A DNA stretch of 64,000 bases from contig OX597819.1 of the NCBI GenBank assembly GCA_951406725.2, forward strand, positions 115,568,001-115,632,000. Direction: 5' to 3'. The translations under genes were made by a program, and so were the position numbers. This document shows positions 54,658 through 64,000 of this stretch, one piece after another. This DNA comes from Octopus vulgaris (taxonomy: Eukaryota). Each line of letters begins with the position of its first letter. Position 1 is the stretch's first letter. The notes beneath the pieces were generated by a model. The model searched no databases. It saw only the letters and a list, made by a program, of their open reading frames with translations, and was not told where the DNA came from.

Positions 54658-55997
54658 GTAAGTATACATTTCAGTCTCCCTAATTGTCAAATATTTTGAT
54701 TAAAATAGTCATTCTCTATTAGTATGTATAACAAACCCTTAAGAACTGAGATACTGTATTACTGTTTTATCAATATACAGTGCAACCTGACAATTGTTGC
54801 ACTTTCTCGCAAATTAAAGCAGCGATATGTATTCTTTTCTACTCTAGGCACAAGGCCTGAAATTTTTGGGGGAGGGGGCCAGTCGATTAGATCGACCCCA
54901 GTACGCAACTGGTACTTAATTTATCGGTCCCGAAAGGATGAAAGTACAAAGTCGACCTCGGCGGAATTTGAACTCGGAACGTAAAGAATACTATGAGTAC
55001 AAAAATGTAAAGCTCACAGACAAACTCATTGTATTCACGTTGTTAATGTATATTGCTACTACGTCTGTCTTTACGTTCTGAGTTCAAAATTCCGCCGAGG
55101 TCGACTTTGCCTTTCATCCTTTTGGGGTCGATAAATTAAGTACCAGTTGTGTACTGGTTGATCTAATCGACTGCCCCCCTTCCCCCAAAATTTCGAAACT
55201 TGTGCCTAGAGCAGAAAAGAATAAGAGCTTTAAGGACTTCTAAATTAGTTGTTAATATAGATTTCAACTTTGTCACAAGGCCAGCAAGTTCGGGGGAAGG
55301 GATAAGTCAATTACATCGACCCCAGTGTTCAACTGGTACTTATTTTATTGACCCTGAAAGGATGAAAGGCAAAGTCGAACCCAGTGGAATTTGAACTCAG
55401 AACGTAAAGACGGACGAAATATCACTAAGCATTTTACTCAGCATGCTAACAATTCTACTCTATAATTGTTGGTTGTTCCTTCTCGAGCTATGCCTGGCTC
55501 ATTAGGGCCGGTTTCCCGGTTTCCTTGGCATATAGGTTCCCCACCTGAACGGAACGCCGGTCCGTCGCAGGTGAGCTGCAAGATGCAGGAGGAGAGAGTG
55601 AGAGAAAGTTGTGGCGAAAGAGTCAGCAGAAGTTCGCCATTACCTTCTGCCGGAGTCGCATGGAGCTTAGGTGTTTCGCTCATAAACACACACATCACCC
55701 GGTCTGAGATTCGAACCTGCGATCCCTCGACTGCGAGTCCGCTGCTCTAACCACTAGGCCATGTGTCTCCATTCTATAGTTAATATAGATTATTAATGCA
55801 CTATTCGTGCATCTTTACGATCTGTGTTCAAATTCTACTGCTGTCTTCTTTGCCATTCATCTTTTCGGATAATGTAAGAACTAGTCGAGTACTAGGGTTG
55901 ATGTAATCGGCCTATCCGACTCTCCTGAATTTGCTGGCCTTGTGCCAAAATTTACAATCAATATGGACCATTAAAAACTATACTTCTTGTATTGCAG

Positions 55998-56181
55998 GTA
56001 TTCAACTTTCTCAACACTCCAATAACGCGCTTTTTAAGCTACACCACGTCCTATTTTACATTTCTTTTGTTGATGGTTTCGTCAAAGCTGTCACTAAGCG
56101 ACAACTGGGCCAGTATTTCTTGCCGTGGTATTGATGTGACGATGACAATATTTATTATAGTACTCTCAATGTGGCTCATAG
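55998..56181 (+). CDS. TRPC-like channel, coding exon 5 (S1 and start of S2)
   Basis: TTGCAG / GTAATT, phase 0/1; TPITRFLSYTTSYFTFLLLM matches TRPC [20 protein letters not shown]. Confidence 0.9.
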
Positions 56182-56297
56182 GTAATTTCAATTCATTAAA
56201 CCCTTGAACCCCCCCCCCCCCAAAAAAAAACCCAGTCCGTGAAAATGTCTAGAGTTCAATAAAATAGTTAAGTTAATTACCCTCCCCGACTTTCTCC

Positions 56298-56393
<96 letters not shown>

Positions 56394-57420
56394 ATGGCGC
56401 ATGGCTCAGTGGTTAGAGGATCGTGAGGTTGTGGGCTGCGTGTTGTGTTCTTGAGCAAGACACTTTATTTCACGTTGCTCCAGTTCACTCAGCTGTAGAA
56501 ATTAGTTGCGACGTCACGGGTGCTAAGCTGTATCGGCCCCTTTGCCTTTCCCTTGGATAACACGGGTGGCGTGGAGAGGGGAAGCCGGTATGCATGGGCG
56601 ACTGCTGATCTTCCATAAGAAACCTTGCCCGGACTTGTGCATGGGAGGGTAACATCCTAGGTGCAATCCCACGGTCATTCCTGACCGAAGGGGGTCTCCG
56701 CATATATAAGTTCAGATGAATATGGTACTTAAGTTAAAGGCACCAGAATTTGGTATGGTATTATCCATATAAATCAAATGAGGTAATTATAATCAAAATA
56801 AGCAACAAGGATATCCAAGGTAGTGTAGTACAATCGTTTCATGCTTCATATATATATATATATATAAATGATTTTTGTTATAAACGAAAGGATGTGTGCT
56901 CTATGTATGCCGAGTACGGTTAATACATATCATGAAACAGCTGATCACTCATACCGATGATACTCAGAATGTTTCCTTCATCGTGCATGTGGTCAGTTTA
57001 ACGTTACCTGAAATTCTGAGCAGATATATATGGTTTTCGAACCAAAGTCGACAGTTTGCCTAGAAGGAAAACAAAACGCTGCTCTCCATGTCACGCCTTA
57101 GAGCCTTTACAGTGTTCACAGGCCATTGAACAACAAGATTAAACCAGAACTTTAATCTTTTTGCTTCCCAACACCGGTAACTCTTTACTGATACATAAGT
57201 TATTCTTGACTCCCCCCTGCCCCCCACCAAAGAAAATAAAAAAACAAAAACGAAGCAAAACAAAAAAGACACAAAACCCTGTCAAATTCAACCTGAATAC
57301 CCTTAAATGTATATATGTATGTATATCTGTCTGTCTATCTATCTATCTATCTTTCTTGCCGTGGTATTGATGTGACGATGACAATATTTATTTTAACACT
57401 CTCAATACATACATACATAC

Positions 57421-57473
<53 letters not shown>

Positions 57474-57516
57474 ATAATAAGTGTAGATCGTATACGAGTG
57501 GGTATATATTTATAAA

Positions 57517-57962
57517 AAAGAAGTTTGAAAACGCCACTATATAAGATAAATTTTAATTTTTTTAGAAATTTTACATGTTTTGGTTCTTCTTGAAGAAACG
57601 AACCTTATCAAAAATATTTTAAAAAGTTAAGTGTAATAAAAGAGTTCATAATTGTTTCTTACTGGTCTCAACAGAATCCATGTGGTGGTGTTTTGTCGGT
57701 AGTAAGCATAATAGCTGTAAGTTTAAAGTTGAGTGTAATAAAAAAGTTCATAATTGTTTCTCAACATTCGGACACATAAGAGAGCTAAAAACAACCACGT
57801 GGATTCTGTTGAGACCAGTAGGAAACAATTATGAACTTTTTTATAACACTTAACTTTTTAAAATACTTTTGATAAGGTTCGTTTCTTCAAGAAGAACCAA
57901 AACATGTAAAATTTCTAAGAAAATTAAAATTTATCTTATATAGTGGCGTTTTCAAACTTCTT

Positions 57963-57964
<2 letters not shown>
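57517..57964. repeat. Imperfect inverted repeat, about 175-bp arms and 90-bp spacer, between (TA)n tracts
   Basis: AAAAGAAGTTTGAAAACGCCACTA...CAACAGAATCCA mirrored by TGGATTCTGTTG...TAGTGGCGTTTTCAAACTTCTTTT. Confidence 0.9.
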
Positions 57965-58036
<72 letters not shown>

Positions 58037-58193
58037 GTGAAATACACATCCCTTCTCTCACCTTTTAATTGCTTCTCTCTTTCTTCCCCCCTCTCTCTCT
58101 GTATATATATATATATATAGTCTCTGTGTTGACCTGTTCACTGTAAATCTACTGCTGACCTCACTTTGCATGTATTTTTTTTTATCAATGCAG

Positions 58194-58466
58194 GTCTCAT
58201 ATGGGAGGAATGTAAGCAGATATTGGAAGCAGGTCCTCTGAATTATTTCTCATCTTTATGGAACATATTGGACTCGTTTATGCTCAGTTTCTTACTCACA
58301 TCTTTCCTGGTTGATGTGGTGGTGTCGTTTAGACTTCAACATGTCTTTCAGAATGAGAGAAAAATCAAAAATATGTATCGCAACAAATCAGTTATTCTGC
58401 CTGCTTGCGACTGGGATTTGAACTCGGGAGATTATTGCAGCAAAACGCGTGACTACGATATTGTTG
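58194..58466 (+). CDS. TRPC-like channel, coding exon 6 (S2-S3 and S3-S4 loop)
   Basis: TGCAG / GTGAGT, phase 1/1; GLIWEECKQILEAGPLNYFSSLWNILD is the TRPC W.E.KQ....G...Y....WN..D motif. Confidence 0.93.
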
Positions 58467-59737
58467 GTGAGTTTAAATGTATTCTGTCTACATTGTCACT
58501 TTCCTATGCTTATGTTGTCTTTTCATGTTGTAACATCTCTTTTCTGTAGTGGTTTTACCTATCTAATATATTTAACTCAGCAAATAGCAGAAACGTTAGC
58601 ACGCCGGCCAAAGTGCTTATCAGTATTTCGTCTGCCGCTACGTTCTGAGTTCAAATTCCACCGAGGTCGACTTTGCCTTTCATGCTTTCGGGGTTGATTA
58701 AATAAGTACCAGTTACGCACTGGGATCGATATAATCGACTTAATCCGTGTGTCTGTCTTTGTTTGTCCTCTCTGTGTTTAGCTCCTTGTGGGTAGTAAAA
58801 AAATAGGTATTATTAAAATAACAAGACCGTCCACCATTGTACCAATGCAAACGTGTTCGCGGCATTCTTTTCCGTCCTTACTTTCTGAGTTCAAATTCTG
58901 CCGAGGTCGGCTTTGCATTTCATCCTCTCAGGGTCAATAGAATAAGTCCCGGCTGAGCACTGGAGTCGATGTAATTGACTATCCGCCTCTGCAAAATTTC
59001 AGGCCTTGTGCCTAAAGTAGAAACAATTATTAAAATGACCGTCCAACTAACACACGTGACTAGTAATCAAGCAATTCGGACTGGCAACTAATAACCAAGC
59101 AACCACCACGTGACCAACACTCAGCTAATTATCATATCGACATTTTATTCCTTCTGCCGATAAGATTGATGTAATTAATGCCCAACTTTTAAGTTTTCAA
59201 TGGTTTATATTAACATCAATAAAGCGGCGAGCTGGCAGAAACGTTAGCACCCCGGGCGAAATGCGTAGCCATATTTTGTCTGAGTTCAAATTCCCGCCGA
59301 TGTCGACTTTGCCTTTCATCCTTTCGGGGTCGATAAATTAAGTACCAGTTAAGCATTGGGGTCGATGTAATCGACTTAATCCGTTTGTCTGTCCTTGTTT
59401 GTCCCCTCTGTGTTTAGCCCCTTGTGGGTTGTAAAGAAATATAATTTCACTAGCTCCAGTTAATTTGAGCTGTTAACACGCTTTAATCAACGATTCTTAA
59501 TCCTCTTGAATATTTAATCTCAATGCTGTAGGCATGACTGTGTGGTTGAGCAGCTTGCTTCTCATCCATGTGGTTTGGGGTTCAGTCCCACTGTGCAGCA
59601 CCTTGGGCAAGTATCTATAAAAGGTTAAAATAAAAGACTGATAGATTAGCAGAGGTAAGAGAAAAGAGATCTGTGTTGTCCATTTACTCCCCACTCAACA
59701 CATTTACTTATTTGGTACCATTTTTTTTTCTTTGTAG

Positions 59738-59999
59738 TCAGTTGGTCGCCAGTATGGTCACCGGACCCAGAACTGGTATCTGACGTTTGTTTCTCTCTTG
59801 GGATCTTGCTTTCGGTTTGTCGAATTGCATTCTTGATGCCTTGTAATGAGACTTTCGGAACTATGTTGGTATCTTTTTACCGGACACTCATGGACTTGTT
59901 CAAGCTTTGTGGCATGTTCGCTCTTGTCCTGATCGCCTTTACATGCAGCATTGCTGCCCTTTACAGCGCCCTTAAATGCAACACAGAATCATTCAGCAG
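59738..59999 (+). CDS. TRPC-like channel, coding exon 7 (S4, S4-S5 linker, S5)
   Basis: TTTGTAG / GTAAG, phase 1/2; DPELVSDVCFSLGILLSVCRI...NETFGTMLVSFYRTLMDLFK...VLIAF. Confidence 0.9.
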
Positions 60000-60209
60000 G
60001 TAAGATTAATTTATTTCATTTTGACTTAATCTTCCGTTTTTGATAGCAGTATTTCTTTACGCTCTGAATTTACATCTTGCTGCAGTAGACTTTGCCTTTC
60101 ATCGGGTTGGAATCTATATAATAGGCACGAGTAAAATATATCCCGAATCAATTTAAGCGATTGTACCACTCGCTCCAAATGACTGGCATTGTGTCTTAAA
60201 TACAAATCA

Positions 60210-60535
60210 ACCGACCGACCGTGGTCGAGACAATGGAATTTACCATGCTACGCCACACTTCACGGTCCATCATGGCATTACGGAGGTCCTGTTGCTGGAT
60301 GCCTGTATCCCTGGAGATTACATCAGGGTAGGAGAGTGTGCGCCCTCTGGTATTGCGAGTAGATGGCTTCCAGAGGAGAAGAGTAGAAATTACTTCTTTT
60401 TCAGCTCTACAACAATGTCCAGCAAACTGGATTCTCTTACCTTTCACAAGAGATGACACAGGTGGTAGGTTCCCATATATTTGCATTTTGGTTGGATGGC
60501 GCTTCCACGAGAGATTTTGAGCTTGTTATTCCACC
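60210..60535 (-). mobile_element. RTE-like LINE 3' fragment in TRPC intron 7
   Basis: Same family as 13725-13980 (RIQFAGHCCR..DREVWR). Confidence 0.8.
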
Positions 60536-60568
60536 TTGAATAACACCACTTGTCTCTTGTTATTCCAG

Positions 60569-60806
60569 CGTCGCTAACACCATCGTCTACTTAATGTGGG
60601 GTACATTTGGAATGAGTGATTCAAATGCTCCTGATCTTGATCTCAATGGACAACCAATGCATTCGCTGATCAATAACTTCAACGCTAAACGGAACGTCAC
60701 GGTGGCTCTTGGTTATATGCTCTACGGCACATTTATATTCGCCTCAACCATTGTACTCATCAATCTCCTTATCGCTGTTATGTCGAACACGTTCCAAGAG
60801 ATACAA
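60569..60806 (+). CDS. TRPC-like channel, coding exon 8 (pore helix, filter, S6)
   Basis: TTCCAG / GTAAGT, phase 2/0; YLMWGTFG (TRPC LFWSIFG) and IVLINLLIAVMSNTFQEI (S6). Confidence 0.93.
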
Positions 60807-61090
60807 GTAAGTTATCTTAAATTGCTATCTTTTTGCACTCCTAGTCATTTACGGCACCGTCTTCAGTTTTGTTATTTCAACCCATTTCAACCCCCAAATA
60901 ATTCATGGAAAGACATAAGCGCACTGCAACTAAATGTATAGACCGTATCTGAAACGAGTGGGAGACGTTTTTGCGCAATCGTTTGGGTGCCACGTACAGT
61001 GTGCTCTGGTTGGATTTGACAATTTGCATAAAAAGAAAACACAACAACCCATCCAAAAATAAAACTATTTTAAAAAATCAAAAAAATATC

Positions 61091-61523
61091 GGATCTTTTC
61101 GGTTTGAACGGCAGTTTTTTCTAGCGGTGTCATATGAAATTGTCACCCATAATTATGACCCTAGTATCGATCTATTGCATTTCAATTTGTTTTATGGTTA
61201 GGGTTAGTTAGGGTTAGGGTTAGGGGTTGGGGGGAAGGGTATCTTTTTTTCTTCACAAATGTAAATAAACCCAATCTGTTTCTTAAACGAGGGACATATT
61301 CATACGGCACAGAATGTTGTTTACCTCAATGGACGTCACTGATTGGTTGAAATTGCAGAAATCCAAGAAAAAAACAACAAATATCTTACAAACTATAGAA
61401 TTTTCTCAATAAAGCCAAGAGAAAAAGATGTTTTATAAACACATTCTACCAGTATACGAATTAAAAAATTTTTCAGTTACCTAGAAATTATGTTAAAAAC
61501 TGCCATTCAAACCGAAAAGATCC
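61091..61523 (-). mobile_element. Same MITE family, opposite orientation
   Basis: TIRs present; TSD AAAATATC / AAAACATC. Confidence 0.85.
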
Positions 61524-61634
61524 AAAACATCAACTATATTATGGCTGGGAGATAACAGTTTACTCAAAGTACCTCTACTCAGCTTCCACCACGGCATCAA
61601 GACGGCTCCAGAACCTAGCGCATACTTCCTGCTG

Positions 61635-62170
61635 GCCACGGTTTTATACTCTCAAGCCTCTTCTCTTCTCCTTATCTCCTCAAAGACATACAGCACCTCG
61701 AAAGAGTCCAGAGGCTGGCTACCCGCATGGTTCATGGTCTCAAAAATTTGTCCTACGAAGAAAGGCTGAGGACGCTCGACCTTTGTTCTCTTGAAAAACG
61801 CCGCCGCCGTGGTGATCTCATTCTCGCCCACAACATCATAAGCGGGAAGTGTAACCTCTCGAAAGAGCTGTTCTTCACTCCTGCTCCGGAGCGTCGGCTG
61901 CGGGGTCATTCCGAAAAGCTCTACCTGCGACGATTTCATCTCAATCGAAGGAGAGGAGCTTTCTCCGTCCGGGTTGCGGATCCGTGGAACAAGCTGCCAG
62001 ACGAGATGGTGAAGATGCCGACGACCGCTTTGTTCAAAGCCTCCCTGGACCTCAAGTGGCCTGAACTCTTTACATGAACACCACCCTGTACTTAACTCCA
62101 TGTCCCCCTACATGGCCTTGCTATTTGCTTTTGAGCCAAATTAACTAACTAACTAACTAACTAACTAACT
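61635..62170 (+). mobile_element. CR1-type LINE 3' end with (TAAC)n tail
   Basis: LSYEERLRTLDLCSLEKRRRRGDLI..LRGHSEKL..FSVRVADPWNKLP; tandem TAAC tail at 62141-62170. Confidence 0.88.
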
Positions 62171-62297
62171 CTCAGGTGCAGCTTTTCATGTCACTTCTTA
62201 CAGCCTTTACTGTGTGTCCATGCACAGAGTATTTGGGCAGTAGTCATGATGCCGGCATTTTGACACCCGGCGTGAAAACTCGTGATACAGGTAACTC

Positions 62298-62742
62298 GGA
62301 TCTTTTCGGTTTGAACGGCAGTTTTTAACATAATTTCTAGGTAGCTAAAACATTTTAAACTTCGTATACTGGTAGAATGTGTTTATAAAACATCTTTTTC
62401 TCTTGGCTTTATTGAGAAAATTCTATAGTTTGTAAGATATTTGTTGTTTTTTTCTTCAATTTCTGCAATTTCAACCAATCAATGACGTCCATTGAGTTAA
62501 AAAGCATTCTGTGCCGTATGAATATATCACTCGCTTAAGAAACAGATAGGGTTTATTTACATTTGTGAAGAAAAAAAGATACCCTCCCCCCACCAACACT
62601 AATCCTAACCCTAACTAACCCTAATTAACCCTAACCCTAAAATAGATTGAAATGCAATAGATCGATACTAGGGTCATAATTATGGGTGACAATTTCATAT
62701 GACACCGCTAGAAAAAAACTGACGTTCAAACCGAAAAGATAC
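62298..62742 (+). mobile_element. Same MITE family
   Basis: TIRs present; perfect 8-bp TSD GGTAACTC. Confidence 0.88.
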
Positions 62743-62952
62743 GGTAACTCTTTTCCAGTACTCAAATGGCTACCAGTCCTACACGTCAGCTAACTTTTTC
62801 TCAACTACAATTTTAATCAGTATGCTCTCCAACACCGTTGACAGTTTACCAATAAACCAAACTCTACCCGAAAAAGGATTTGTAGAAGTACATTGTTGAA
62901 TCAATTGAAATATGTTGTTAGATCAGTTAAATTGTTGGATCAATAGAAGCAT

Positions 62953-63157
62953 TCTTTTACTCTTTTACTTGTTTCAGTCATTTGACTGCGGCCATGTTGG
63001 AGCACCGCCTTTTGTCGATCAAATCGACCCCAGGACTTATTCTTTGTAAGTCTAGTACATATTCTATCTGTCTCTTTTGCCGAACCGCTAAGTTACAGGG
63101 ACGTGAACACACCACCATCAGTTGTCAAGCGATGTTGGGGGGACAAACACAGACACA

Positions 63158-63221
<64 letters not shown>

Positions 63222-63389
63222 TATACGACGGGCTTCTTTCAGTTTCCGTCTACTAAATCCACTCACAAGGCTTTGGTAGGGCCGAGGCTATAGTAGAAGA
63301 CACTTGCCCAAGGTGCCACGCAGTGGGACTGAACCAGGAACCATGTGGTTGGTAAGCAAGCTACTTACTACACAGCCACTCCTACGCCC
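62953..63389 (-). mobile_element. tRNA-derived SINE family B with internal (CA)/(TA) microsatellite and (GTAAAAGA)n tail
   Basis: Near full-length copy. Others at 18645-19045 (-), 22160-22312 (-), 33639-34525 (+, interrupted), 39163-40060 (+, interrupted), 43945-44242 (-) and 59530-59612 (+). Confidence 0.85.
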
Positions 63390-63810
63390 ATACATTATTA
63401 TACTAATGTAAGCTGTCTGTTAGTGATGTTTTCTTCAGATTTTGTGCTCTGATTTAAGGTCGCAGGCGGCTCCGAAGTTGTTCATAAATGAACGTTAGTT
63501 ACTTTATATATTCTTTTAATGCGTCACACAAATTTTGATTTTGATAATGTTGCCTGATGCTGTTACGTTTTCGTAAGTATACATAGTATTTCCATAGCAA
63601 AATCAACCACTTAGTCGTTTCAGAAATAGAGAACGATAAAATAAATACCAAACTGAAATACCTACTAGGATGGATATTATCCAATACAATTCTTGCAGGC
63701 TGTGCTCAGCATGGCCGCAGTCTGATGACTGAAACATGTAAATTAATAAAAGATTAATCCCACAATTTCTAATGTTTTTTCTCTCTTTTAAATATTTTTT
63801 TAAAACTTAG

Positions 63811-64000
63811 GATGAGCAAGAAAGCGAATGGAAATTCTCAAGGACAGAGCTCTGGCTTACTTTTATCGAATCTGGTTGCTGCGTTCCACCACCTTTCAAC
63901 ATTTTACCAAAATTTGATGATTTTTACTATTTCTTTCGTTATCTTTGGCAAAAGTACTCCGGAAAATGTCCATGTATGAAGAAAGAAAAAAGTTCTTCTA
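63811..64000 (+). CDS. TRPC-like channel, coding exon 9 (TRP box; runs off the window)
   Basis: CTTAG acceptor ends 63810, phase 0; DEQESEWKFSRTELWLTFIE..VPPPFNILP is TRP box 1 (EWKFAR-like) and box 2. Confidence 0.93.

Noticed and set aside
59854-59886. Gain-of-function change at the TRPC4 G503-equivalent glycine
   Set aside because: That glycine aligns to the G in FGTM and is retained; the Gly-to-Tyr change is at the later SLGRM position.
61195-61230. Interstitial telomere (TTAGGG)n
   Set aside because: A few imperfect units internal to a MITE and present in every full copy.

Overview
AT-rich, microsatellite-dense eukaryotic DNA. The SINE families and (TA)n/(TATC)n/(CATA)n density suggest an octopod cephalopod (inference). 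Two + strand host genes are supported. The first is the 3' part of a divergent ionotropic glutamate receptor-family gene, with one large M3-S2-M4 exon at 788-1536 and a candidate last exon at 11068-11127. The second is a divergent TRPC-like channel with nine phase-consistent coding exons from 46880 to the window end. The rest is mostly mobile DNA: R4/Dong-type RLE LINEs at (TAA)n, Penelope-like (RT + GIY-YIG) fragments, RTE and CR1 3' ends, three tRNA-derived SINE families, non-autonomous Helitrons, and Merlin-like and hAT-like MITEs with 8-bp TSDs. The most unusual signal is a repeated foldback element in three copies: two back-to-back tRNA-like Pol III heads, each followed by (AAT)n and a tail carrying a minimal hammerhead ribozyme motif. 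Other hammerhead-like motifs and long palindromes sit in (TA)n tracts. All calls were read by eye; no searches or folding programs were run, and repeat boundaries are approximate.
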